The notes under the pieces were generated by a model. The model was not told where the DNA came from. It searched no databases and was given only the letters and a program-made list of their open reading frames with translations. A program made the translations under genes and the position numbers. 64,000 bases of DNA from a virus, in IMG/VR virus record IMGVR_UViG_3300031963_009547. The stretch is one strand, 5' to 3'. Positions 1 to 9,788 of this stretch are shown one piece after another (within the stretch, counting starts at the first letter, position 1; each line of letters begins with the position of its first letter).

Positions 1-654
1 GAATTAAAAAGATTCAACCAAATTAATTCATATATCTTAAAAGAGCAACCTGAAGCACCTACAGAACCTGAAGGTGGTGTGCCACCGGCACCAGAAGCAC
101 CTATTGAAGGTGATGCACCACCGGCACCTGATGCTGCCGCACCAGCTCCTGAAGCACCGGCAGCAGATGCAGGAGCTGCTCCAACTGAAGTTCCTGAACC
201 TGTAGATGTGGAAAACGACCCGGATGTAGAAGAGGTTGATGCTGAAAAACCTGAGGATGAGGAAACTGAAGAAATTGATATCACTGACCTTGTAACATCA
301 CAACAAGAAATTCAGGCAAAACAAGATGAGTTCATGAATGATATGTTTTCAAAAATTGATGATTTGGCATCAAAATTAGAAAACATGGACCAAATCATGA
401 GTAAGATAAATGACTTAGAAGCTAAATTTGATAAGTACAGAGAAAAAACACCTGAAGAGAAACTAATGTTACGTTCTTTAGATTCTTATCCTTACAATCA
501 AAAACTGACAGATTTCTTTCAAGATAAAGAAGAAGAGATGGAGAAAACAGGAAAAAATGAATATGTATTAACATCAGACGAGGTTGAGAACTTTTCTCCA
601 AATGAGGTAAAAAAAACATTTAATATATATGACGACGAGAATCCAAACATGTAA
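1..654 (+). CDS. Acidic, Pro/Ala/Glu-rich coiled-coil protein, 5'-truncated (possible head scaffold/internal protein)
   Basis: Frame +1 is open from base 1 (ELKRFNQINSYILKEQPEAP...), so the true start lies upstream of the window. Low-complexity PEA/E tract, then a coiled coil. Confidence 0.6.
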   Translation, partial: ELKRFNQINSYILKEQPEAPTEPEGGVPPAPEAPIEGDAPPAPDAAAPAPEAPAADAGAAPTEVPEPVDVENDPDVEEVDAEKPEDEETEEIDITDLVTSQQEIQAKQDEFMNDMFSKIDDLASKLENMDQIMSKINDLEAKFDKYREKTPEEKLMLRSLDSYPYNQKLTDFFQDKEEEMEKTGKNEYVLTSDEVENFSPNEVKKTFNIYDDENPNM

Positions 655-680
655 AAAATAATAGGATAAAGAATCATTAT

Positions 681-706
681 AAAGGGGGGCATAAGTCCCC
701 TTTTTT
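681..706 (+). terminator. Rho-independent terminator
   Basis: aaaggggggc-ataa-gtcccc followed by tttttt. Confidence 0.75.
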
Positions 707-708
707 AT

Positions 709-738
709 TTGACAAACTTAAATATTCACCTATATTTG
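709..738 (+). promoter_or_regulatory. Early/middle sigma70-type promoter, containing the Bacteroidota -7 element
   Basis: TTGACA-N16-TATATT. The second box extends to TATATTTG, which matches TAnnTTTG. Confidence 0.65.
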
Positions 739-773
739 TTGTAGATAAAAGAGTAATAATTAAAAATTTATTT

Positions 774-1628
774 ATGGCAAATTCAGTATTAGATTCAGTA
801 CTTGCGCAGTACGAAAAGAACTCAACAACTACGGGTTCACAAAAATCAAACATTTCACAAGAAGACAGATTGAAGAAGTATTTTTCAGCAATCCTTCAGA
901 AGAATGAAAAATCCGCATCACGACGTATTCGTATCTTACCTACAAAAGATGGTTCTTCACCATTTGTTGAAGTATGGTATCACGAAATCCAAGTAAACGG
1001 ACAATGGGTTAAGTTGTATGACCCTGAAAAAAATGACAACGAACGTTCACCTTTGACTGAAGTTTATAATGAACTTATTTCAACAGGTAAGAAAGAAGAC
1101 AAAGAATTGGCATCACAATACCGTTCACGTTTATTTTACATCGTAAAAGTAATTGACCGCGACAACGAACAAGATGGTGTTAAATTCTGGCGATTCAAAC
1201 ACAACTACAAACAAGAAGGTGTGTTAGATAAAATTCTTCCTATTTGGAAAGCTAAAGGTGATGTAACTGACGCCGAGAAAGGTCGTGACTTAATCATCGA
1301 GCTTACAAAAGCAAAAACACCACAAGGAAAAGAGTATACCGTTATTCAAACAATCATGTATGATGACCCTCAACCTTTACACGAGGATAAAGAAATCATG
1401 GAAGGATGGCTCCAAGATGAACTTACATGGAATGATGTGTATTCAAAAAAACCCGTAGAATATTTAGAAGCAGTTGCGGTTGGCGAAACACCAATGTGGT
1501 CATCTGAACTTAAAAAATATGTTTACGGTGAAGAAGCTGAAATTTCACTTGGAGGGGCAAAACAAGAAACACCAACTCCTGTTGACCCACAAGCGAACGA
1601 AGAACCAGCAGAAGATTTGCCATTCTAA
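774..1628 (+). CDS. Single-stranded DNA-binding protein, T4 gp32-like
   Basis: RIRILP...PFVEVWYH, 'GRDLIIELTK', acidic C-terminal tail ending EDLPF; lies upstream of the recombinase. Confidence 0.8.
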   Translation: MANSVLDSVLAQYEKNSTTTGSQKSNISQEDRLKKYFSAILQKNEKSASRRIRILPTKDGSSPFVEVWYHEIQVNGQWVKLYDPEKNDNERSPLTEVYNELISTGKKEDKELASQYRSRLFYIVKVIDRDNEQDGVKFWRFKHNYKQEGVLDKILPIWKAKGDVTDAEKGRDLIIELTKAKTPQGKEYTVIQTIMYDDPQPLHEDKEIMEGWLQDELTWNDVYSKKPVEYLEAVAVGETPMWSSELKKYVYGEEAEISLGGAKQETPTPVDPQANEEPAEDLPF

Positions 1629-1636
1629 ATTTAATT

Positions 1637-1678
1637 AAGCATGGATACTTTTAAACATATTGTATCCATGCTTTTTTT
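1637..1678 (+). terminator. Rho-independent terminator
   Basis: 12-bp stem aagcatggatac/gtatccatgctt followed by a T run. Confidence 0.75.
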
Positions 1679-1701
1679 ATAAACAAAATTAAAAACACAA
1701 A

Positions 1702-1923
1702 ATGAAACCAGTGATTGCAGAAAAATTAAAAGAAGCATTAGTTAAAAAATATGAAGCAGAAATTGCTGATGCTGAAGCAAGACTTTATGTTTATTTCACA
1801 AACCCTGTTGGGATTGGTGAACATCCACAACACACAGAAGAGATGGATAATTTAGTTGGACAACTTACAGATGCTAAAGATAAGTTGGAAACTATAACAA
1901 ATTTTAAAATTTACGAACTATAA
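1702..1923 (+). CDS. Small hypothetical phage protein
   Basis: 73-aa ORF with a NPVGIGEHP motif; TAATG overlap with the next gene. Confidence 0.7.
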   Translation: MKPVIAEKLKEALVKKYEAEIADAEARLYVYFTNPVGIGEHPQHTEEMDNLVGQLTDAKDKLETITNFKIYEL

Positions 1924-2930
1924 TGGCTATTAAAAAGAACGACTTTAGTTCACTTAAAAAGAAATTTTCCACATCGGCAAAGTATAAACCACAAAGATTC
2001 TTTGACCTTGGTGCGCCGTTTTTGGATGCGGTTGGTTTACCTGGTCCTGCGATGGGACACATCAATATGTTCTTAGGACATTCAGATACAGGTAAGACTA
2101 CAGCATTAGTTAAAACTGCGGTTGATGCTCAGAAGAAAGGTATTTTACCTGTATTCATCATCACTGAACAAAAATGGTCGTTTGACCACGCAAAATTAAT
2201 GGGTTTTGAATGTGAAGAAGTTGTTGATACAGAAACAGGAGAATTAGAGTGGGACGGTTTTTATATATTCAATAATAACTTTGATTATATTGAACAAATC
2301 ACAGATTACATCAATGATTTATTAGACGCTCAAGAAAAGGGTGATTTAGATTATTCATTGTGTATTATGTGGGACTCAGTTGGTTCTGTTCCTTGTAAAA
2401 TGACTTACGAAGGTAAAGGAGGTAAACAACACAACGCAAGTGTTTTGGCAGACAAGATTGGTATGGGTATTAACCAACGTATTTCAGGTTCACGTAAAGC
2501 TGACTCTAAATACGAAAACACCTTAATCATCGTTAACCAACCTTGGGTTGAATTACCTGATAATCCATTTGGACAACCTAAAATCAAAGCAAAAGGTGGT
2601 GAAGCTATTTGGTTGAACTCTTCATTAGTATTCTTATTTGGAAATCAAAAAGGTGCTGGTACTACGAAAATTACCGCAACTAAAGATAAGAGGACTGTGA
2701 AGTTTGCATCAAGAACAAAGGTATCGGTTATGAAAAACCACATTAACGGACTTGGTTTCGAAGATGGGAAGATTATCGTGACACCACACGGTTTCTTACC
2801 AGGAAAAGAAGCTTCCGAAGAAAAGGCATCAATCGAACAATACAAAAAAGAATATGCCGAGTACTGGAAGGAAATAATCGGAGTTGATGGTGACTTCGAT
2901 TTGAAAGCAGAAAAAGAAGAAGTAGAGTAG
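1923..2930 (+). CDS. uvsX: RecA/UvsX-like recombinase
   Basis: Walker A GHSDTGKT, Walker B IMWDSV, IIVNQ, KGGEA and KNH motifs of the RecA fold. Confidence 0.9.
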   Translation: MAIKKNDFSSLKKKFSTSAKYKPQRFFDLGAPFLDAVGLPGPAMGHINMFLGHSDTGKTTALVKTAVDAQKKGILPVFIITEQKWSFDHAKLMGFECEEVVDTETGELEWDGFYIFNNNFDYIEQITDYINDLLDAQEKGDLDYSLCIMWDSVGSVPCKMTYEGKGGKQHNASVLADKIGMGINQRISGSRKADSKYENTLIIVNQPWVELPDNPFGQPKIKAKGGEAIWLNSSLVFLFGNQKGAGTTKITATKDKRTVKFASRTKVSVMKNHINGLGFEDGKIIVTPHGFLPGKEASEEKASIEQYKKEYAEYWKEIIGVDGDFDLKAEKEEVE

Positions 2931-2951
2931 TAACAATTAAAAACAAAAAAA

Positions 2952-3959
2952 GTGACAAAAACCTTATTGGTTGATGGAAACAATTTGATTAAAATTGGTT
3001 TTCATGGGGTGAAAGATTACTTTCACAACGGACAACATATCGGTGCTATTTGGCACTTTTTGAATACTTTAAGAAAGTTCTTAGAAGAAAACAACTATAA
3101 CAAAGTTGTTGTATTTTGGGACAGTGATACGAATTCATCTCAAAGAAGGATTATCTACCCTAAGTATAAATTAAATCGTAAGGACGACTCTAATGAGTTT
3201 AAACAAGCTTCTTATGAAAGTCAGAAGCAACGAGTTAAACAATATCTTGAAGAGATGTTTGTTAGACAAGTTGAAGTTGAACATTCAGAGGCTGATGATT
3301 TAATTGCTTACTACTGTAAAATTTCTGAAGATGAGAATAAAACTATATTCTCAAGTGATAGAGACCTAACACAATTAATTTCTGAAAAGGTATCTATCTA
3401 TTCACCATCCACAAAAAGATATTATAAGATGGGGGACACAATCAAAATGAGTGATTTTGAAGTTCCCCACTTTAATGTCAAAACTATTAAAATCCTCACG
3501 GGAGATTCGTCCGATAATATTGATGGTATTTTTTATTTAGGTGAAAAGACACTATTTAAGTTTTTCCCTGAACTACTTGAAAGAGTAGTGGAAATACCCG
3601 ATATTTTAACAAAAGGTGAGGAACTTCTTAAAGAAAATAAGGACAATAAATCATTACAAAACCTTTTATCGGGCAAGACAAAAGAGGGAGTATTTGGTGA
3701 TGAATATTATGTAATAAACAAAAAACTAATTGATTTAGATGAACCACTGATAAATCAAGAAGGTAAAGATTTAGTTGATGCATATTATTCTGAATCGTTG
3801 GACCCTGATGGTAGGGGATATAAAAATCTAATTCGTATGATGATGGAAGACGGTTTATTTAAGTACCTACCAAAACAAGATGACGGTTGGATTTATTTTT
3901 TAAAACCATTTTTAAAGTTAACAAGAAAAGAAAAGTCAAAATTCAAAAACAAAAATTAA
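2952..3959 (+). CDS. 5'-3' exonuclease / T4 RNase H-like (PolA N-terminal-like) flap nuclease
   Basis: LLVDGNN, VVFWD, YPKYKLNR, EADDLIA, SSDRDLTQL, LTGDSSDNIDG. Confidence 0.9.
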   Translation: MTKTLLVDGNNLIKIGFHGVKDYFHNGQHIGAIWHFLNTLRKFLEENNYNKVVVFWDSDTNSSQRRIIYPKYKLNRKDDSNEFKQASYESQKQRVKQYLEEMFVRQVEVEHSEADDLIAYYCKISEDENKTIFSSDRDLTQLISEKVSIYSPSTKRYYKMGDTIKMSDFEVPHFNVKTIKILTGDSSDNIDGIFYLGEKTLFKFFPELLERVVEIPDILTKGEELLKENKDNKSLQNLLSGKTKEGVFGDEYYVINKKLIDLDEPLINQEGKDLVDAYYSESLDPDGRGYKNLIRMMMEDGLFKYLPKQDDGWIYFLKPFLKLTRKEKSKFKNKN

Positions 3960-3964
3960 AAATT

Positions 3965-4417
3965 ATGAAAGAACAAAACGACGTAACCAAAGTTGAATTT
4001 CTTATCACATTGAACAACAACTTTGTAGTTCAAAGATTCTTCAACGTTAAAGGGTACAACCCAAAAACAAAAGGGAGTGTTGAACTTATGAACTATATGT
4101 TCGGTTTAAGACAAGATTTGCAAACACAACTTAGAAACAAATGTGCTGTTTATATGTTGGAAAATAGATTCCAAATTGAAGAGGACCAATCGGTTCTTGA
4201 AACATCAAATACTGATGGACCTGAAACATTTAACATTATTTTAAGAGTCGGAAATGAGACAATTTGTCACTATGTGATTGACGGTAAATTGTACCCACCA
4301 AAGGTAAGATATACGCTGGATGTACGACCATCCATAAAAAACATATTAAGAGAGCTTACTGACATTTTTTCAGCTAAAAATTTATCTTACAATTACTTAA
4401 ACTATTCGTTAGTTTAA
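3965..4417 (+). CDS. Hypothetical protein
   Basis: The ATG at 3965, just after the previous stop, is a more plausible start than 3887. Confidence 0.65.
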   Translation: MKEQNDVTKVEFLITLNNNFVVQRFFNVKGYNPKTKGSVELMNYMFGLRQDLQTQLRNKCAVYMLENRFQIEEDQSVLETSNTDGPETFNIILRVGNETICHYVIDGKLYPPKVRYTLDVRPSIKNILRELTDIFSAKNLSYNYLNYSLV

Positions 4418-4456
4418 TCATATTTATCATATACAAAAAGAAAAAAATCATAGAAT

Positions 4457-5836
4457 ATGTCAGACAAAAAAAGCTTCGGATACTTAGGGAATACCTTTCA
4501 AATACAGTTATTAAACAACATCATTTTATATAAGGATTTCTCAAATTCGATTCTTGAAGTTATTGACCCACATTACTTTGATAACCAATATTTTCGTATT
4601 ATCTGTCAAATGATTAAGGAGTATTATTCAAAATACGAACATACTCCTACATTTGATACCTTAGAACAACTTACAAAGTCAGAAATCTCGTCTCCAATGG
4701 CTCAGAAGAGTGTTTTGGATACATTACAACAAGTAAAAGATGTATCTGATGAAGGGTCATCATTTGTTCAAGAGAAGTCATTAAAATTCTGTAAACAACA
4801 AGAATTACAGAAGGTTATGACTAAAGCTCAATCAATTATTGATAAGGGTGATTTTGAAAGTTATGACCACTTAGAGGAGATGGTAAGAGGAGCCTTACAG
4901 GTTGGTGAAGTTGATAAAGGAACAACCGACGTTTTCTTTAACCTTGAAGAGGTTTTAGATGACGACTATAGACACCCAATTCCAATTGGAATCCCTGGTA
5001 TTGATAATCTTCTTCGTGGAGGTTTGGCAAAGGGAGAAATTGGTGTTATATTAGCACCTACAGGAGTTGGTAAGTCTACATTTACTACAAAAATTGCAAA
5101 CCATGCATTCAACTTGGGTTATAATGTTTTACAAATATTTTTTGAAGACAACCCAAAAATTATCCAAAGAAAACATATTACACTTTGGACTGGAATGCAC
5201 CCTGACGATTTAACAGAAAATAGAGAAGATGTTCTTGAAAAAGTAAAACACATCCAATCTACAAGAAAAAATAAATTGATAATGAAAAAGTTACCATCTG
5301 ATACGGTCACTATGAACCAGATTAAAAATCAGGTTAGAAAAATGATTGCTGAGGGTAATAGAGTTGATATGATTATCTTGGACTACATCGATTGTGTTGT
5401 ACCTGATAAAATGTTGGGAGATGAGTGGAAAAGTGAGGGTTCGGTTATGAGAGCATTTGAGGCGATGTGTCACGAATTGGATATTGCTGGTTGGACGGCA
5501 ACACAAGGAAATCGTAATTCAATATCATCAGATGTTGTTACGACAGACCAAATGGGTGGGTCTATTAAAAAGGCTCAAGTTGGTCACGTAATTATTACGG
5601 TTGCTAAATCATTACAACAAAAAGAAATGAACTTGGCAACAATAGCGATTACAAAATCAAGAATCGGTAAAGACGGTATTGTGTTTGAGAATTGTAAATT
5701 CGACAATGCAATGCTTGAAATAGATACTGAACAAAGTGTTACTTTCTTAGGTTTGGAAGAACAGAAAGAAGAAAGAAACAGAAGTAGAATCAAAGAGCTT
5801 TTAGAAAAGAAAAAGCAAAAAGAACAACAATCTTAA
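4457..5836 (+). CDS. Replicative DNA helicase, DnaB/gp41-like
   Basis: Walker A APTGVGKS, IILDYID, WTATQGNR, KSRIG. Confidence 0.92.
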   Translation: MSDKKSFGYLGNTFQIQLLNNIILYKDFSNSILEVIDPHYFDNQYFRIICQMIKEYYSKYEHTPTFDTLEQLTKSEISSPMAQKSVLDTLQQVKDVSDEGSSFVQEKSLKFCKQQELQKVMTKAQSIIDKGDFESYDHLEEMVRGALQVGEVDKGTTDVFFNLEEVLDDDYRHPIPIGIPGIDNLLRGGLAKGEIGVILAPTGVGKSTFTTKIANHAFNLGYNVLQIFFEDNPKIIQRKHITLWTGMHPDDLTENREDVLEKVKHIQSTRKNKLIMKKLPSDTVTMNQIKNQVRKMIAEGNRVDMIILDYIDCVVPDKMLGDEWKSEGSVMRAFEAMCHELDIAGWTATQGNRNSISSDVVTTDQMGGSIKKAQVGHVIITVAKSLQQKEMNLATIAITKSRIGKDGIVFENCKFDNAMLEIDTEQSVTFLGLEEQKEERNRSRIKELLEKKKQKEQQS

Positions 5837-5850
5837 ATTAATTTAAAACT

Positions 5851-6798
5851 ATGGAAAAAATATTAACAGAAAATCCTGGTAGGTTCGTCATCTTCCCTAT
5901 TGAACACAATGATATATGGGAATTTTACAAACAACACCAAGCCGCATTTTGGACGGCAGAAGAAGTCGATTTAACAAATGACATCAGAGATTGGGAAAAT
6001 TTAACAGACAATGAAAAATTCTTTATTAAGAACGTATTGTCGTTTTTCGCAGCTTCAGATGGTATTGTAAATGAAAACTTAGCTGAAAACTTCTACCGTG
6101 AAGTTCAATATCCTGAGGCTAAGTTTTTCTACGGGTTCCAATTAGCGATGGAAAACATTCACTCATTAATGTATTCATTATTGATTGATACCTATATCTC
6201 TAATGCTAAAGAAAAGGACGAGTGTTTCAATGCAATTGACAGATTACCTGCGGTTCAAAAGAAAGCTAAATGGGCGTTAGAATGGATTGAAAAGGCGTCA
6301 TTTGCAGAAAGATTAGTTGCGTTTGCTGCTGTTGAAGGTATCTTCTTTTCTGGTTCATTCTGTTCTATTTTCTGGATGAAATCAAGAGGTATTATGCAAG
6401 GTTTGTGTAACGCGAATTCACTTATCTTTAAAGATGAAAACTTACACTGTGATTTTGCAATTCACTTATTAAATAATCATTTGGAGGAAAGACCATCTGA
6501 AAAAAGAATTAAAGAAATCTTACTTTCAGCTTTAGAAATTGAAAAAGAATTCATCACTGAATCACTTCCTGTATCACTAATTGGTATGAACTCAAACTTA
6601 ATGAAACAATATTTGGAGTTCGTTGTTGACGGGTTGTTGGTTAAGATGGGATGTAGTAAAGAATTTAATGTAGAGCAACCATTCAAGTTCATGGAACAAA
6701 TTGCGGTTGAAACTAAAGGTAATTTCTTTGAATCAAGAACGATGGAATACCAAAAAGCAAAGTTAAACGAAACTATAACATTCACAGACGATTTTTAA
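5851..6798 (+). CDS. nrdB: Ribonucleotide reductase class Ia, beta subunit
   Basis: [18 protein letters not shown] (iron ligands and radical Tyr), [15 protein letters not shown]. Confidence 0.95.
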   Translation: MEKILTENPGRFVIFPIEHNDIWEFYKQHQAAFWTAEEVDLTNDIRDWENLTDNEKFFIKNVLSFFAASDGIVNENLAENFYREVQYPEAKFFYGFQLAMENIHSLMYSLLIDTYISNAKEKDECFNAIDRLPAVQKKAKWALEWIEKASFAERLVAFAAVEGIFFSGSFCSIFWMKSRGIMQGLCNANSLIFKDENLHCDFAIHLLNNHLEERPSEKRIKEILLSALEIEKEFITESLPVSLIGMNSNLMKQYLEFVVDGLLVKMGCSKEFNVEQPFKFMEQIAVETKGNFFESRTMEYQKAKLNETITFTDDF

Positions 6799-6807
6799 AT
6801 TTATAAT

Positions 6808-9237
6808 ATGTCATTAAAAATAATTAAAAGAAATGGAGACCTTGTGGCGTTTAATCCACAAAAGATTTACAACCGTGTAAAGCGCTCCGCAAAAGGATTA
6901 AGTGTTAACTCTGATGAGATTTTTATCAAAGTTATTACTTCTGTACCGACAGAAGGCAAAGTCACCACTAAGGAGTTGGATAAGTTGATTTATGAAATTG
7001 CCGCGGCATATACTGGTAGCCATCACGACTATTCAAGACTTGCATCGTCTGTTGCCATTTCATCTTACCACAAAGAAACTTCAGATAGTTTTTGTGATAC
7101 TATGAAAGTATTACATGGCGATGGTATCATCCATGAAGAGCTAATGAACAAGATAAATCAATATGGTGAAGAAAACATTGACTCTATCATCAATCATGAA
7201 AATGATTATAACTTTGATTATTTTGCTTGGAGGTCTCTACAAGAAATGTATTTGTTAAAAAGACCAAACGGACAGGTTGTGGAACGACCACAACATATGT
7301 ATATGAGAGTTGCGTTGTGGGTTACGGATAGTTTAGAACAAGCTAAAGAATATTACACTTCTTTATCAAACCAACTAATTTCTAAGGCAACACCTATCAT
7401 GATTAACTCCGGTACAAAAGTTCCACAATTAGCATCTTGTGTATTACATTATAATGATTCAGATTCGAGAGAAGGTTTGTTAGGGACTTTGAGAGACATT
7501 TCAACATTCTCTTCAGACGCGGCAGGTATTGGACTTTCAATGTCAAACATCCGTAGTAAAGAAAGTAGAATTTCAACATCAGGTGGATATGCTGGTGGAC
7601 TTTTGAAATACTTAAAAATTGTTAATGAGTCACTTAGATTCTTTAACCAACAAGGGCGTAGACCTGGTAGTGCTGCTATCTATCTTGAACCATGGCACAA
7701 AGATATTTTTGATTTATTAGACATCAAAAAGAACACAGGTGCAGAAGAACTAAGAGCACGTGATTTATTTACGGCACTTTGGATTCCTGATAATTTTATG
7801 AAGGCGGTTAAAAACAATGCTGATTGGTATTTGTTCTGTCCTAATGATATTAAAAAAGCCGGATTGAAAGCATTACAAGAATGTTATGGTGAAGAATACG
7901 AAGAAGTATATAACACGGCAGTTAGTATGGGTCTCGGTAAAAAAGTTAAGGCTCAAGACATTTGGACTAAAATTGTTGAATCACAAGTAGAAACAGGTGT
8001 TCCTTATTTATGTTCTAAAGACAATGCGAATAGAAAAACTAACCACCAAAATATTGGGGTAATTAAACAATCTAACTTGTGTAATGAGATTTACCAATAC
8101 ACTGATGAGAAGACTACTGCGATTTGTACTTTATCATCTATGGTATTGAAAAACTTTGTAAAAGATGGTGAGTTTGATTTCAACTTGTTATATGAAGAAA
8201 CACGTAAAGTTGTAAGGTCATTAAACAAAGTAATTGATATTAATAACTACTCAACCGAAAAAGGTCGTAAAGGTGGTTTAGAGCAAAGAGCAATTGCTAT
8301 TGGAACGCAAGGTTTGGCTGATGTTTTCTATTTAATGGATTACACTTTTACATCCGATGAAGCGAAAAAATTAAATAAAGATATTTTTGAAACTATCTAT
8401 TACGCGGCAATTACAGAAAGTAATGTGTTATGCATGGAAGGTAAGTACCAACCTTATGACTTATTCAAAGGGTCACCTATGTCAAAAGGTATTTTCCAAT
8501 TTGATATGTGGAATGTTAATGAAACAGAACTTTCAGGAATGTGGGATTGGAACAAATTAAAGAAAAGTGTTTCTGATTATGGTGTTTGCAATTCATTATT
8601 TACCGCTCAAATGCCGGTAGCATCTTCAGCGAAAATCACAGGTTCATATGAAATGACAGAACCTGCACACTCAGCAATCTTTAACAGACGAGTTGTAGGT
8701 GGAGAAATTATGATTGTAAACAAATACCTTATCAATGACTTTGAAAAAATTGGTATTTGGTCTGAAGATTTAAAAAATGAAATTATCCTTAACGAAGGTT
8801 CAATTCAAAACATTAACTTCAATAATTACTTGGACTCTGAAGACAAGAACTATTTGAAAAAAGTAAAAAGAATTGAACACTTAATTCCTAAGTATAAAAC
8901 AATTTGGGAGATTTCACAAAAACAACTAATTGATATGGCTGCGGATAGAGCACCATTCATCGACCAATCACAGTCAATGAATATCTATATGGGTAATCCA
9001 ACTTTATCTAAAATCACATCATCTCACTTCCACTCTTGGGAAAGAGGTTTGAAAACTTTATGTTATTATGTAAGAACCAAAGCTATTTCAACAGGAGCTA
9101 AACACTTGGCAGTTGACGTATCAAAAATACAACAACCCAAAGTTAAAGTTGAAGTTCCCACTGTAAGTTATAGCGATATGAACTTACCACCAAAACCTGA
9201 AAATAGTGACTTTGATTGTTTTGGATGTTCATCCTAA
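6808..9237 (+). CDS. nrdA: Ribonucleotide reductase class Ia, alpha subunit with N-terminal ATP cone
   Basis: IIKRNG ATP cone, QLASC, SNLCNEI, MPVASS, DQSQSMN, YYVR, C-terminal CFGC. No intron or intein seen. Confidence 0.95.
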   Translation: MSLKIIKRNGDLVAFNPQKIYNRVKRSAKGLSVNSDEIFIKVITSVPTEGKVTTKELDKLIYEIAAAYTGSHHDYSRLASSVAISSYHKETSDSFCDTMKVLHGDGIIHEELMNKINQYGEENIDSIINHENDYNFDYFAWRSLQEMYLLKRPNGQVVERPQHMYMRVALWVTDSLEQAKEYYTSLSNQLISKATPIMINSGTKVPQLASCVLHYNDSDSREGLLGTLRDISTFSSDAAGIGLSMSNIRSKESRISTSGGYAGGLLKYLKIVNESLRFFNQQGRRPGSAAIYLEPWHKDIFDLLDIKKNTGAEELRARDLFTALWIPDNFMKAVKNNADWYLFCPNDIKKAGLKALQECYGEEYEEVYNTAVSMGLGKKVKAQDIWTKIVESQVETGVPYLCSKDNANRKTNHQNIGVIKQSNLCNEIYQYTDEKTTAICTLSSMVLKNFVKDGEFDFNLLYEETRKVVRSLNKVIDINNYSTEKGRKGGLEQRAIAIGTQGLADVFYLMDYTFTSDEAKKLNKDIFETIYYAAITESNVLCMEGKYQPYDLFKGSPMSKGIFQFDMWNVNETELSGMWDWNKLKKSVSDYGVCNSLFTAQMPVASSAKITGSYEMTEPAHSAIFNRRVVGGEIMIVNKYLINDFEKIGIWSEDLKNEIILNEGSIQNINFNNYLDSEDKNYLKKVKRIEHLIPKYKTIWEISQKQLIDMAADRAPFIDQSQSMNIYMGNPTLSKITSSHFHSWERGLKTLCYYVRTKAISTGAKHLAVDVSKIQQPKVKVEVPTVSYSDMNLPPKPENSDFDCFGCSS

Positions 9238-9247
9238 TTGCAACACT

Positions 9248-9274
9248 AATCCCGACACTATGTCGGGATTTTTT
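9248..9274 (+). terminator. Rho-independent terminator ending the replication block
   Basis: aatcccgaca-cta-tgtcgggatt followed by tttt. Confidence 0.8.
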
Positions 9275-9284
9275 ATTTCATAAC

Positions 9285-9317
9285 TATTTATTGAAAATAT
9301 CACGACACTATATTTAT
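9285..9317 (+). promoter_or_regulatory. Tandem TATTTAT boxes, putative late promoter of the baseplate operon
   Basis: TATTTAT at 9285 and 9311; the motif recurs in most intergenic gaps ahead of structural genes. Confidence 0.55.
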
Positions 9318-9322
9318 GTAAT

Positions 9323-9787
9323 ATGGCAAATGGCATTACGTATGGTATAAATTTTCCCTTTTTACAAAGTTCAAAAGGAAACTATTTAAAACTGACTGAA
9401 ACAACTGATGAAGAAATCAGAACAGACCTTGTACACTTATTATTAACAAGAAGGGGTTCACGATATTTTCTACCTGATTTTGGTACTCGTTTATATGAGT
9501 TTATTTTTGAACCACTTGATGGTGCAACGTTTGAAGAAATTAGAGCAGAGATTGAAGAACAGGTTGCAACTTACATACCAAACCTTACTATAAACAGTAT
9601 TACTGTTGAACCATATACTGAATCAGGTGATGTTGTGGGACAATTAGATTACGAACTATTAGGTCAAGCAAGTATTTATCGTATACCTGGTGCGAATACC
9701 GCAGAATACACAGCAAAAATAAAAATTGACTACACTAATGACGCTAGAGCATTCGGTAGTAGAGAATTTGTGATAATTAACATATAA
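9323..9787 (+). CDS. Baseplate wedge protein, T4 gp25-like
   Basis: LLLTRRGSRYFLPDFGTRLYEFIFEP. Confidence 0.88.
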   Translation: MANGITYGINFPFLQSSKGNYLKLTETTDEEIRTDLVHLLLTRRGSRYFLPDFGTRLYEFIFEPLDGATFEEIRAEIEEQVATYIPNLTINSITVEPYTESGDVVGQLDYELLGQASIYRIPGANTAEYTAKIKIDYTNDARAFGSREFVIINI

Positions 9788-9788
9788 G

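Noticed and set aside
1923-9237. Introns, inteins or homing endonucleases in uvsX, the helicase or nrdAB
   Set aside because: The ORFs are continuous and of normal length, with no splicing or endonuclease motifs.
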